IMG/VR virus record: IMGVR_UViG_3300044712_000429
Coordinates: 6,036 to 70,035 of that record
From: a virus
Length of the DNA: 64,000 nt
Reading direction: 5' to 3' (one strand)
The position numbers and the translations under genes were made by a program. The first letter of the stretch is position 1; each line of letters begins with the position of its first letter. The notes under the pieces are model-generated. The model worked only from the letters and a program-made list of their open reading frames with translations. It searched no databases and was not told where the DNA came from. Below, piece after piece: positions 37,321 to 46,392 of the stretch.

Positions 37321-37994
37321 TTCGCAAGCCTTATGTCGATGACTTTCTTCTTGCTGCCGTGTGCGGGGAATCCGATCACGGCCCGTTCCTTTGATGCGTC
37401 GTGGCAGATGCCACAGTTCCAGCACATCACGTCGTCCCGGTAGGTCGCGGGGCAGACGATGACCTTGCGACCACCGGCTGTGTAGAGCGTCTTCTCCGTA
37501 GTGGTAGAGGGCAGCACCACGGCCTGGGGCAAGTCCGTGATGTCTGTCACTCTATCAGACACCGTCAGAGAGTCGCACGAAACGTTGACGGTAAATCCCG
37601 CCGCCGTCGCTGCTTCCATCATGGACAGGTTCTCCACGGTCAGCGGGTAGTGCGTGTAGGTGAAGCCTCGTTTGCCCATATTCGCTTGCACGAGCTGATA
37701 GAAAGCATCAGAGTCGAGTTTACGTCCGTCCCCAGGCAGATCGCCTGCTTGGTTGTGCCGCCACAACTGGCGACCGGGCAGGCGACGGATTTGATCACAG
37801 AACTCAGGCCAGTCCACCCCACGGTCACCGCGCTCAACAGCACGCCAATGCATAACCATAGGGCCAAACTTTGCATAGCACGTATCGTACTGTGCGCAGT
37901 CCGGAGGACAGGTACTGGGTTCGGTGGTGCTGACAGGGATTGGCCCGGTCTTAGCATTACTGCTTGACCGCGACAGGTGTGCTCGATACGACAT
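37317..37994 (-). CDS. Cys-rich conserved phage protein (DUF7227/gp88-like)
   Basis: S.N.KTGPIPVS....TCP..C....CYA; RHNQAGD; GFTYTH; CPA......C..C..C; GFPAHG. Confidence 0.65.
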   Translation of the reverse strand: MSYRAHLSRSSSNAKTGPIPVSTTEPSTCPPDCAQYDTCYAKFGPMVMHWRAVERGDRGVDWPEFCDQIRRLPGRQLWRHNQAGDLPGDGRKLDSDAFYQLVQANMGKRGFTYTHYPLTVENLSMMEAATAAGFTVNVSCDSLTVSDRVTDITDLPQAVVLPSTTTEKTLYTAGGRKVIVCPATYRDDVMCWNCGICHDASKERAVIGFPAHGSKKKVIDIRLAK

Positions 37995-38682
37995 TGTTCT
38001 TCTCTTCGAAAAGTGCGTAGGTGCGGGGGAACAGGCTCTGGATGATGTTCGCCACTTCATGGGCGTACTCGCGGATTTCCCATTGCGCTGCAGGGTGGTC
38101 GCGCAGCGTCAGGAAGCCGAGCCAGTTGCGAAGGTTCGCTGAGGCACGCATGCGGGAGTAGCGAGCCACCGGCACCGGCAGACGCGCCAGTTCCTTGGGG
38201 ATGCCAGCGGCGATGCCTTGTTCATAGACCCTTTGTGCATGGATATACAGGTCGTCAAGGGATTCCAGCCACCTTGCTGCTGTCGCGGGGGTCAATGAAG
38301 CACCCGTGCCTTGTGCCTGCTTGTTAGCTGAATGAAGATTGGCAAACAGGCGATCACCTGAAGGCATGTAGTTCTCATCCGGCAGCGGGATGTAGCGTGC
38401 GCTCATCTCGTTGTAGGACTGGGTGCGGTGACGGTGCCACTCGCGGAACACGAAGATCGGTGCCTTGACCTCGATGATCAGACCGGCCATCTCGAACGGT
38501 GTCGAGTGGTTGTTCATGTACAGGTGGCGCAGCAGACCGGCGTCACCCTTGGGGTGGCCTTCATACGGCTCCCAACTGATGAAGCCCTTGTCGACGGACA
38601 TGCGCGCCGCTTCGATGATGCGTTCGTCGCTGCCCCAGTGTTCAACGAGGTCAACGTAGCCGTGATCCAGAATCTTTGTCAT
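37957..38682 (-). CDS. thyX: FAD-dependent thymidylate synthase
   Basis: H.TPFE, RHRTQSYNEMSARY signature, E.AR..., NLRNW..FL.LR....AQWEIR. Confidence 0.96.
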   Translation of the reverse strand: MTKILDHGYVDLVEHWGSDERIIEAARMSVDKGFISWEPYEGHPKGDAGLLRHLYMNNHSTPFEMAGLIIEVKAPIFVFREWHRHRTQSYNEMSARYIPLPDENYMPSGDRLFANLHSANKQAQGTGASLTPATAARWLESLDDLYIHAQRVYEQGIAAGIPKELARLPVPVARYSRMRASANLRNWLGFLTLRDHPAAQWEIREYAHEVANIIQSLFPRTYALFEEKNNVVSSTPVAVKQ

Positions 38683-38683
38683 G

Positions 38684-38848
38684 TCAGTAGGGCTTTCGCG
38701 GAGAGACTTCGGCCACCATCTTGTGGTTCCCCATGGCAAGGGGTTCCAACGGCTTGAGCGAGATGGTCACGATGAGATCGAGCGACTCGGCGTACTTGAT
38801 GAGTTGCTCGGCTTTTTCTTCGATGAGTTCGACTTCCTTGGATTTCAT
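38684..38848 (-). CDS. 54-aa hypothetical protein, not in ORF track
   Basis: MKSKEVELIEEKAEQ..., GAGGAG RBS. Confidence 0.55.
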   Translation of the reverse strand: MKSKEVELIEEKAEQLIKYAESLDLIVTISLKPLEPLAMGNHKMVAEVSPRKPY

Positions 38849-39123
38849 GTGTACTCCTCTATGGGATAGGTTCTCGGGCCGCTGATGTTTCCCGCAGCAG
38901 CGTTTGCTCCTTTCTTGGAAGGTGCGCCCGAGAATGAGGTGGGTGGAAAGAGTTCGGACAGGTCGCCGGAGCGCGCTTGCATCTTTGCGAAAAAGCCGCG
39001 TGCACGCTGTTCGTCATCGAACCGTGCAAAGGACAGGTTGCCTTCCCGAGGAACAACCAGCACATTCCATTGCTTTGGATGCGCGAGCTTCCCGGGTGGT
39101 CTACCCAAATGCCAGGTGGTCAT
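38845..39123 (-). CDS. Hypothetical protein
   Basis: Coupled ORF; N-terminus resembles 41574..41771. Confidence 0.6.
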   Translation of the reverse strand: MTTWHLGRPPGKLAHPKQWNVLVVPREGNLSFARFDDEQRARGFFAKMQARSGDLSELFPPTSFSGAPSKKGANAAAGNISGPRTYPIEEYT

Positions 39124-39593
39124 AGGTAGTACTCATCGCCGTCGAATTTCACTTCGCCGCGAGACCACAGGAGCTTCAGGTGTTCCTTGAACTTATGGAA
39201 GTCCTTGTACTCGGTGGTTCTGTCACCCGCCTTCAGTTCGTTCAGCAGGTATTCACGGGTGGCGCCACCGATCTTGCCGATGGCTGGTTCCCCTGGCGAA
39301 ATGTTGGGGCGGGGAGCGCCTGTGACCCCTTCGTTGTCACCCGACTGTTCAGCACCCTTGGCGCTGCTCCCCGTTGAAGTGGTGCGGGTGGTGGGGTGCG
39401 AAGAGTGCCTCGCCTCATCGTTATCCACCTTTTTGCCGGAATCCGTATTAGCTCCGGTCTCACGCCCCGCATTCAGTCTGGTGGACGATTCCACATCGTC
39501 CACCCATGTCTTTGGACGTGTCAGCCGGTTGATCGCATCCTTCGCGTCCTCTGGTGTGTCGCACGTCACTTGGATTGTGATTCGCATGCTCAT
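39120..39593 (-). CDS. Hypothetical protein
   Basis: ATGA-coupled ORF. Confidence 0.6.
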   Translation of the reverse strand: MSMRITIQVTCDTPEDAKDAINRLTRPKTWVDDVESSTRLNAGRETGANTDSGKKVDNDEARHSSHPTTRTTSTGSSAKGAEQSGDNEGVTGAPRPNISPGEPAIGKIGGATREYLLNELKAGDRTTEYKDFHKFKEHLKLLWSRGEVKFDGDEYYL

Positions 39594-39835
39594 TTTTCGA
39601 GTCCTTCCATACGGAAGCGAAGTTCGTCAAGCTCTCGGGTCAGCTTGTCGATTCGATCCCACGGCATTTCATCTTCGCCCAGGCCGTCGCGTACTGGCGG
39701 CAACATGTCGTCGCGGTAGTTTCCAGCCAGCCACATATCGACAAGCTCGATGCCTCGGCTTACGGTCAGTTCCCCGGCTTGCATGGCACGGAGCATTTCG
39801 CGGAGTTCACATCCGTCTCTGTCTTTCACAGCCAT
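39590..39835 (-). CDS. Hypothetical protein
   Basis: Start reassigned to MAVKDRDG. Confidence 0.55.
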   Translation of the reverse strand: MAVKDRDGCELREMLRAMQAGELTVSRGIELVDMWLAGNYRDDMLPPVRDGLGEDEMPWDRIDKLTRELDELRFRMEGLEK

Positions 39836-40269
39836 GTCACATCCACTCCGCATTCGTTGAAGAGCTTGAGAGATCGCCCGGTATGTTCTTTCCAACGCTC
39901 AGCGAACTCGTCCGAAGGGCGAGGGCAATACACCTCGACTATCCCCGCTTGAACAATCGCACGAGCGCAGTCCATGCACGGGAAGTGGGTGACGATGATT
40001 GCGCTTCCGAGCAGAGGAGTACCCACCCTCGCGGCGTTCGTAATGGCGTTGAGTTCAGCATGGGAGAACCAGAAGTACTTCTCCGGTCGTTCTCTGCCGC
40101 GAGAATCTTCATCAGCCGCGCAACCGCGAGGCGCTCCGTTGTAGCCGAGGGAGCGGACTTCCTGCGACGGGCCGAGGATGACCGCGCCAACCTGCGTGCT
40201 TTCATCCTTGCTGAACTTTGCGGCTGCACGGGCAATCTCCAGATACTTGAGGGCTTTGATGGGGGTCAT
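39826..40269 (-). CDS. dCMP deaminase
   Basis: SKD.STQVGAVI, GYNG.PRG, HAELNAI, PCMDCARAI zinc motifs. Confidence 0.95.
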   Translation of the reverse strand: MTPIKALKYLEIARAAAKFSKDESTQVGAVILGPSQEVRSLGYNGAPRGCAADEDSRGRERPEKYFWFSHAELNAITNAARVGTPLLGSAIIVTHFPCMDCARAIVQAGIVEVYCPRPSDEFAERWKEHTGRSLKLFNECGVDVTWL

Positions 40270-40457
40270 TTCGTCATCTTCTCGAATTGTTTTTCGGTGA
40301 TTTCCTTACCTTGCCCATCGACGATGCAGACATCGAATGTGCTGAACAAAGCACCTTGGGATTCCAGATCAACAACACGGTCGATGTTGTGCTGATAGGT
40401 CTGGTCATCGTCTGTTTCAACGTCGTACACTTTGATGATGCGGACGTAGGTGGTCAT
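40266..40457 (-). CDS. Hypothetical protein
   Basis: Coupled ORF. Confidence 0.55.
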   Translation of the reverse strand: MTTYVRIIKVYDVETDDDQTYQHNIDRVVDLESQGALFSTFDVCIVDGQGKEITEKQFEKMTK

Positions 40458-40648
40458 GATTGCGCGACGTAGCCGACGAGGTTGTACAGATCAGCCCAGG
40501 ACTTGCCACACGTGTGACATGTGACTTCTTGATGGGCGCTGCCGCCGTCGATCTCCACACTGCCGCCGTGAATGTGTTCGGAATCGCAGAAGGGACAATG
40601 GGTGCCTTTGTGCGAGAGATACTCGCCGTCGCTCATGGGTAGGTTCAT
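40454..40648 (-). CDS. Small zinc-ribbon protein
   Basis: CPFC...CHTCGKSW. Confidence 0.6.
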   Translation of the reverse strand: MNLPMSDGEYLSHKGTHCPFCDSEHIHGGSVEIDGGSAHQEVTCHTCGKSWADLYNLVGYVAQS

Positions 40649-40887
40649 GCTGTCACCTTCGCCGCCATCAGCGCGTGCTCGGAATCGAGCATCACGTTGC
40701 CCAGGTGGTCGTCCCACCTGTAGTTCACCGGCTCGTCGGACTCGATGACGCAGAAGTCTTCGGGCATCGTCCAGACACGGAAACGTTGCTCGGCTGACTT
40801 GTGGGCTTCGTCGTACGTGGCGAAGGCTTGGCTGTTGGTCGAGGGTTCAGCCTGACCTTTGAACTTGAATGCCGGTTTGAAGCTCAT
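40645..40887 (-). CDS. Hypothetical protein
   Basis: MSFKP...N...FAT..EA...V.ES.EPVNYRW; GGAG RBS. Confidence 0.65.
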   Translation of the reverse strand: MSFKPAFKFKGQAEPSTNSQAFATYDEAHKSAEQRFRVWTMPEDFCVIESDEPVNYRWDDHLGNVMLDSEHALMAAKVTA

Positions 40888-41399
40888 GTTTGTTTCTCCA
40901 ATGAAGCGATGTATCTGGAACCCGCCCGGTACTGGTAACCGTTGATGGTAATCAGCCAACTGGAGGGGCTGCGGCGTTTCACGATCTTGATTTCTTGCCC
41001 TTCACGATCCACATACCTTGTACCGGCGACGGCTGCACGCAGACGCGCATGTCGTGCATACACGCGCTGGCGCCATTCATAGGCGTAGGTGTTCTCAGGC
41101 GCTGTGCACATCATCAGGTAGGACTCAGGACAGGAGAGCTGGTATGGCCCTGCTGTCTCATGTACATCCTTGTAGCCCCACCAGTCCTTGTCACTCCCGG
41201 TGTAACCCTTACCTGCGTTGTGTGGCCCTCGCATCATGACGAGGCAAATGGAACGCTTGCCGTCTTCATGCTCCATGACCATCCACAGGTTGTTGCCGAC
41301 GCAGCAGTGCTTGATGATCTTCGCCCCACCCTTGTTCTCGACGAGGTGTGCGATCAAGTCCTTGCGTTCGAGCCATCGTGAAGAAAAGAGCCAGCCCAT
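40884..41399 (-). CDS. DUF6927-like protein
   Basis: MGW start; WGYKD..E..GP....CP..........A.EWR. Confidence 0.65.
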   Translation of the reverse strand: MGWLFSSRWLERKDLIAHLVENKGGAKIIKHCCVGNNLWMVMEHEDGKRSICLVMMRGPHNAGKGYTGSDKDWWGYKDVHETAGPYQLSCPESYLMMCTAPENTYAYEWRQRVYARHARLRAAVAGTRYVDREGQEIKIVKRRSPSSWLITINGYQYRAGSRYIASLEKQT

Positions 41400-41572
41400 T
41401 ATTTCCTCCGTGATTCCAAAAGATCAGGTCGATCTGCACGACGCGTCACCATGCAACCGTGTAGAGGTGAGTACGTAGTGCGCTCTTTCCTTTCCTGTTC
41501 CTGTTGCGCCCACGACCCTTTCCACGAACTGATTGGGCGCTGCTTGCCGTTCACCACTGGGCCGTAACCCAT
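41399..41572 (-). CDS. 57-aa hypothetical protein, not in ORF track
   Basis: AAGGAG RBS, TAATG overlap with next gene. Confidence 0.5.
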   Translation of the reverse strand: MGYGPVVNGKQRPISSWKGSWAQQEQERKERTTYSPLHGCMVTRRADRPDLLESRRK

Positions 41573-41573
41573 T

Positions 41574-41771
41574 TCAATCTCCTTGAGGACGCAGTAGATA
41601 CATGTGTTTGTCGTGGCTGCGAGACTTCATCCTGTCCATATAGGCTTCGGCTGTGTGTGGCGTATCAAAGCGCATCACTGTCGTGAGCATTCTTGGAGGA
41701 TCGTTCACGACAGTCCATTTGGTTTTGTGCCACAACGGAACAGGGTTCTGTTCTTGATGCCACGTAGCCAT
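41574..41771 (-). CDS. Hypothetical protein
   Basis: AAGGAG RBS. Confidence 0.65.
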   Translation of the reverse strand: MATWHQEQNPVPLWHKTKWTVVNDPPRMLTTVMRFDTPHTAEAYMDRMKSRSHDKHMYLLRPQGD

Positions 41772-41941
41772 TTGAATCTCCTTGTTGGTGCCTGCTACAA
41801 CCCACCACGTTGGCGCGTGTAGGGAGCAGGGCTAACCGAGTACGCTGGTTTCTCGCGGTTGGATCGCGTCAGTTAAGTTTTTGGAGGCAACCGACGTTCC
41901 AACTGCCGAGGTTTAGTTCCCACTCTCGGCTTGGGGTTCAG

Positions 41942-42457
41942 TTACGCCGCTTCACGAAGGTATTTGAATTCCTTCCATCCATTACCTTCGTACTTGCCGT
42001 TGAGTTCATGCTCGATGACTCGGGCGACATCCTCGCTGACATCCGTCCATTTCTCCGGATGATCCTCGTTGCATCGCTCGTAAATCTTGTCGGCAGGGAT
42101 GTCCGTCTTATTGTGACGGCGCAGATCGGATGCTTCGGCATAGTCACCAATGAGAGCAATACGATCACCGGCCCATCGACCGATCGTTCGATGTGCGATG
42201 GTTTGGTACTCTTCAGGCATTGGCCCCGGCGTACAGTTGTGCTCGGGGAACGTGCGTTCCGGCCCGTGCCAGTTCTCGTCCAGATCGAAGTCGCCGCCAC
42301 CGCGAGCTTCAGGCATGGCTGCACATAGAATGATCAGCGCAGCCCCGGTGCCGGGATGATTGGCAAGTTGCTCCCACAGTTTCAAACCCGTACCGAGTTT
42401 GTGGGGTGTGATGTATTCCTTCTTGGTTAGATTGACCACCTTCCAGTACTGTCCCAT
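41942..42457 (-). CDS. Conserved phage hypothetical protein
   Basis: MGQY.K.VNL.KKEY..PH....GLKL.E...GRWAGDRI..IGDY; AGGAG RBS. Confidence 0.75.
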   Translation of the reverse strand: MGQYWKVVNLTKKEYITPHKLGTGLKLWEQLANHPGTGAALIILCAAMPEARGGGDFDLDENWHGPERTFPEHNCTPGPMPEEYQTIAHRTIGRWAGDRIALIGDYAEASDLRRHNKTDIPADKIYERCNEDHPEKWTDVSEDVARVIEHELNGKYEGNGWKEFKYLREAA

Positions 42458-42466
42458 CTCGTTCTC

Positions 42467-42628
42467 CTAAAGATGACAGCCGACTTCTTTGCAGGTTTGG
42501 AACGCCGACAACACTTCAGCGTGTTCCGGCTTCTTCAGGAGCGCCATGAATTGCTCCATGGCTTTTTGACGGCGCTCCTGCTCGCGCTTTGCCCACTTCG
42601 CAGCGGGGCTGGTGGTGTCTTGGCTCAT
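42467..42628 (-). CDS. 53-aa hypothetical protein, not in ORF track
   Basis: ATGA overlap with the DUF932 stop. Confidence 0.5.
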   Translation of the reverse strand: MSQDTTSPAAKWAKREQERRQKAMEQFMALLKKPEHAEVLSAFQTCKEVGCHL

Positions 42629-43578
42629 GTCAGCAACTTCATCAGCTCGTCGTAAGCGCGCTGCTTGGTGATGAAGCCGTCACCGAACCATGCGCTGTCC
42701 AGGCGATTGCCTTGGTTGCGTGCACGGCGATGCTGGTCGAGGTATTCGGTCACGGCGTTCACCAGACCCCATCCGGTCTGACCGGCGATGTCGGCGCCGA
42801 TGGCCTTGCCTGCGAACAGCTCTTCCACCTTGGCGATGTGGCCGTTGTTGACGCTGTCCTTGAGCGGGTCGTTGGTCAGCGGGAAGATGCGGGTCAGCAC
42901 CTCGTGCGCCTTGACCGTGTCGAGCTGCAGCCACGCCAAATCGTCCATGGACTTGGCGAACTTGTCCCACTGCTCGAAGCCAGCACCCAGTTCAGCCTTC
43001 ACGTCGCCTTCGTTGAAGTCGCGGAAGTGCGGGATCGTCACCCGGGCCGAATGGTTGGAGAAGGACTGCTGCAGGGTGTTGTTGCACACCACTCTGACAG
43101 ACGTGAACTGTGCCAGCGTGGAGAACGTCAGATCGTAGGACGTAGCGAGCATCAAGTAGCTGTCCACCTTGTCGACGCCGAGCACTTCGTGCACGTTGCC
43201 GGTTTTGGCGAGCGCCCATACCCGCTGGCCGTCACGCAGGGAGCCTGCGGTCTCGATGGTCATGCCGAAGTCCGCAATGAGGTCGCGGAAAAACTCGAGA
43301 ATTTGCTTCGGCTGCACCGGCTTGTAGCGGTCGGAGACAACGGCGTAAGGACGGTGATCCGTGTCACGGGCCAGGACAAACTTGTCCTTGTAGTTGGTCA
43401 GCGACATACCGCCGAGGCCGTCGTCGTTGCGATACTGCACCGGGCGCTTGCTGACTTGCCAGTCAAGCCCTGCGGCATGCTGCCACTCTTCGATACTGCT
43501 GCCGGGGCTGAGGTTATTACCAAGGCCGTGCCACGGGACTTGGCCGACGTAGGCCATCTGTTCGACTTCATGTGCCAT
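42625..43578 (-). CDS. DUF932 (TIGR03299-like) protein
   Basis: PWHGLG, AGLDW.V, VSDRY..VQP, ETAGSL..G.RVW.LA, TSVRVVCNNTL, WG..NAVTEY.D. Confidence 0.9.
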   Translation of the reverse strand: MAHEVEQMAYVGQVPWHGLGNNLSPGSSIEEWQHAAGLDWQVSKRPVQYRNDDGLGGMSLTNYKDKFVLARDTDHRPYAVVSDRYKPVQPKQILEFFRDLIADFGMTIETAGSLRDGQRVWALAKTGNVHEVLGVDKVDSYLMLATSYDLTFSTLAQFTSVRVVCNNTLQQSFSNHSARVTIPHFRDFNEGDVKAELGAGFEQWDKFAKSMDDLAWLQLDTVKAHEVLTRIFPLTNDPLKDSVNNGHIAKVEELFAGKAIGADIAGQTGWGLVNAVTEYLDQHRRARNQGNRLDSAWFGDGFITKQRAYDELMKLLT

Positions 43579-43792
43579 TTCGTTTCTCCAGTTCTTCGTT
43601 GATGAAGCGTGCGGTCTTCTGCCACGCCTCGGGGTTGATGATGTGGTTCTCAGGCCAGCCGCTCATGTCGGCCTCGCTGACTTGCTTCGCATAGCGACCG
43701 ATGGCTTCCATGATGAACAACTGACTCATCGCCCCGGTGGGGCTGAAGGTCATCAGACGCGTGACCAGCTCGATGTTGGTTTCAGTCGACAT
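43568..43792 (-). CDS. Hypothetical protein
   Basis: TN.E.V..LM.FS..GA..Q.FI motif. Confidence 0.65.
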   Translation of the reverse strand: MSTETNIELVTRLMTFSPTGAMSQLFIMEAIGRYAKQVSEADMSGWPENHIINPEAWQKTARFINEELEKRNGT

Positions 43793-44144
43793 CGAGGTTC
43801 ACCCGCACGTTGTTCTCGATGAACTCCTTGACGACCTTTTCGATCCGCTCGACATTGTGCTCGTTCATGATTTCCTTCACCCTGTCATCGAAGTAGCGAG
43901 CGTCCGTGGGATCGTAGTCTTGGAGCTTGTCATCGATCAGTTCTTTGACACGTTCTTCGGTGAGCACGCTGTCATCCTTTGCTGCGTAAAGCTCGTGCAG
44001 CTTGTTCGCAGCTTCGGTGGAGTCTTTCTCCAAGGCGGCGAGGCGCGGCTCAAGCTGTGCCATGACCGAACGTGTGAGCACGTTGATCAGCGCGGCGAAG
44101 AGGTCGTTGACGACCAGCAGTTCTTCTACATGGGGTGCGTTCAT
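43782..44144 (-). CDS. Hypothetical coiled-coil protein
   Basis: AAGGAG RBS, coupled. Confidence 0.65.
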   Translation of the reverse strand: MNAPHVEELLVVNDLFAALINVLTRSVMAQLEPRLAALEKDSTEAANKLHELYAAKDDSVLTEERVKELIDDKLQDYDPTDARYFDDRVKEIMNEHNVERIEKVVKEFIENNVRVNLDVD

Positions 44145-44653
44145 GCTGTTGCTCCTTTCGGCCAGCCAGCGGCGACCAGGGTAGCCACCACGTTCGAGAT
44201 AGCGGGGAGGTTGTCGGTCTTGCCGCCGTCACGGTCGGCAGGCAGGTATTCCTTGAACTCGGGAAGGCGTGCTTCGGCCACCTTCAACGTGCTGCAACCT
44301 TCGATGAGGGCCTTGAGTCGTTCCTTCAGTTCGTTGCGTTGCAGACGCTGCTCAGCGGACTTGTCTTGCAGGGCGCCCAGTTCGTCGTAGATGGGGCACT
44401 TTTCATCGAACCCCCAGTCGCTCGGGCGAACCATGTAAAGGTTCGGGAAACGACCCGGCATGTAGGTGTATTTGAAGTCGAGTAGCGGGCGCGCTTCGGG
44501 GTTCTTCCACGCGGCCTTGATCTCTGCAGGGCAGATGTTGTCGATGATCCATGCCTGAAGACGATCACTGATCATCTCCTCGTAATCAATCTTCGGTACG
44601 TCGTCCATGACAGCGCGAACGAACGCTTCCTTGTCGGTCTTGGTGAGTCTCAT
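44141..44653 (-). CDS. Nmad5-like (nucleotide modification associated domain 5) protein
   Basis: MRLTK.DKEAFVRAVMDDVP.IDY...I.GC.TLK.A...LPEF..YLP...L..AGWPK. Confidence 0.75.
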   Translation of the reverse strand: MRLTKTDKEAFVRAVMDDVPKIDYEEMISDRLQAWIIDNICPAEIKAAWKNPEARPLLDFKYTYMPGRFPNLYMVRPSDWGFDEKCPIYDELGALQDKSAEQRLQRNELKERLKALIEGCSTLKVAEARLPEFKEYLPADRDGGKTDNLPAISNVVATLVAAGWPKGATA

Positions 44654-45621
44654 TTCTTGCTCCTTGAGTGCGGTTGAATTACGTCAGTGGCTCGTTGTTT
44701 CATGTATTCCTCAGTCTGTGTCAGAGTCTTGTGACCGAGGAGAAGCTGTGCCTTGCGTGGGTCAAGCATGTCCGTGGCGACCTTGCCGCGAATGTCATGC
44801 TCGTGGAATCGCTGGTTCCCAGTCGATACATATGCGTCCATCGCTCGTCGCCAAGCCGATGCGAAACCATTCGAGCTGAACGCTGTCCCCCATTTGGTTA
44901 CGAATAAGTGCGGCGATTTGTGAGTGAAGCGGTCGAGTATCCGCTTCACTTCCGGCGTGATCTGGATGGCCAGTGTCTTTCCGGTCTTCAGGGTTTTGAC
45001 CCGCAGGAGGTTGTCGCTGAAGTCCGTTTTCTTCAGCAGGAGCATGTCCTGATTTCTCAGCCCGAGCAGGAGCTTTAGCTCTAGGTAGTTTCTTAACCAT
45101 TGCGGACACTCCTTTTTGAATGCCTCGATCTCTTCGTCAGTGACGTAGCGATCACGCGGCGTTTCGCTATTTCGTATTCCCGGGACTGAGCAGGGGTTGC
45201 TTCCCACAAGCTCCCAAAGTATTGCCTTGTTGAATGCATGGCTGAGGAGCGCCACTTCGCGGTTGCCTCGCGTTTTCGCTTTGCGAGTCGCAATGTAGTC
45301 GGCCACGTGCATCGGCTTGACTGCAGATAGCGCCATGCCACCAAAGAACGCACGAAGGAACCGAATCTCCTGTCGGTTATCCTCCTGCGTGCGAGGAGCT
45401 TTGTGCGGTACGACTTCAAGGAGGTATCTGTCGAGCAAATCGGAGACAGAAACACATTGCGCGGGTGATCCCAAAATGTCAGCCCACCTAGCCATCGCTT
45501 TCGCGTAATCACGATCCAGCTTCTCCCACTTGTTCGTACCTGGATGGACGTAGTAGTACGCCCCATCCTTGAAATAGACGCGCTCAGGAAGATCGCGTCG
45601 ATGAATTCTTGGGCGACCCAC
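44650..45621 (-). CDS. int: Tyrosine integrase
   Basis: Catalytic set GLR, KTG, HDIR, LLGH, Y; N-terminal LP.RVY....AYYY arm-binding-type region. Confidence 0.93.
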   Translation of the reverse strand: MGRPRIHRRDLPERVYFKDGAYYYVHPGTNKWEKLDRDYAKAMARWADILGSPAQCVSVSDLLDRYLLEVVPHKAPRTQEDNRQEIRFLRAFFGGMALSAVKPMHVADYIATRKAKTRGNREVALLSHAFNKAILWELVGSNPCSVPGIRNSETPRDRYVTDEEIEAFKKECPQWLRNYLELKLLLGLRNQDMLLLKKTDFSDNLLRVKTLKTGKTLAIQITPEVKRILDRFTHKSPHLFVTKWGTAFSSNGFASAWRRAMDAYVSTGNQRFHEHDIRGKVATDMLDPRKAQLLLGHKTLTQTEEYMKQRATDVIQPHSRSKK

Positions 45622-45868
45622 TTTGCAGCTCCTTCAGAGCTTGATGATTCGGCTTAGACGGTGTCAGAGTCTTGTACACAGGGGTGGCCCCGTCGCGCTG
45701 AACGCGAGGCCATCCATCAGCTCCCAAGAGGAAGATCACGCCGTTGGAGCGCAGCCACATGGCAATCTTGCTGCGCTGCCGGTAGCCGCTCCAGGCGACG
45801 AGGTCATCTCTACTTAGGACGAACGAAGACGGTGAACTTCTCGAATTCGATTTCGACACAATCGTCAT
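45584..45868 (-). CDS. DUF4224-like protein, probable excisionase
   Basis: LS.DDL...SGY........WL..NG..F....DG.PRV...PN; overlaps int start; exact start uncertain. Confidence 0.75.
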   Translation of the reverse strand: MTIVSKSNSRSSPSSFVLSRDDLVAWSGYRQRSKIAMWLRSNGVIFLLGADGWPRVQRDGATPVYKTLTPSKPNHQALKELQSGSPKNSSTRSS

Positions 45869-46256
45869 GCTCTATGATCCCCACCGGAAACTTGCTCGAA
45901 AAACGAGCGGGTGGTGGAATCGGCTTTGAGGGGTCGATCTTTTGTTCGTTCCACGTGTACGCGTACCGTGCAAAAGACAGTTCGCTTCGAGGAGCTGGAT
46001 AACGAGTGAGCAGTCCTCTGCGCCACATGAAGCCAAGCGTATCGGATAGCTTGTTCGTCGCTGTACGCACATCGCGGTTGCTTCTCCCGAACTCTGCAAG
46101 AGCCTCTTCGCGTATTTCATGGATGTCCATGAGTTCGACGCAAGTAATGGGTTCAGTTTTTCCACGAAGGTGCGCTTCAACCAGTTGATAAATCGTCCGT
46201 TCAGAACGTATCGCCACGATGCTTCTCCCGCAAGCTGTCATCCACCACCGGCTCAA
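45810..46256 (-). CDS. Putative winged-helix DNA-binding protein
   Basis: P.TC.EL...LS..LG.MWRRGLL.R helix/wing pattern. Confidence 0.5.
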   Translation of the reverse strand: MSRWWMTACGRSIVAIRSERTIYQLVEAHLRGKTEPITCVELMDIHEIREEALAEFGRSNRDVRTATNKLSDTLGFMWRRGLLTRYPAPRSELSFARYAYTWNEQKIDPSKPIPPPARFSSKFPVGIIEHDDCVEIEFEKFTVFVRPK

Positions 46257-46387
46257 CCAGCTTTCTTCTTACGACCCTTAACGCTCTTCACAACGTTGGC
46301 CGCAAGGCCACCGATGAGAACTGCGGTAAAGGCAAGCTGGTAGGTAAGCCCCGCGACTCTCGAAGCGGTATGGAGGAACTTCAGCAT
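46253..46387 (-). CDS. Small membrane peptide
   Basis: GAGG RBS; hydrophobic segment with basic tail. Confidence 0.5.
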   Translation of the reverse strand: MLKFLHTASRVAGLTYQLAFTAVLIGGLAANVVKSVKGRKKKAG

Positions 46388-46392
46388 GCTTA

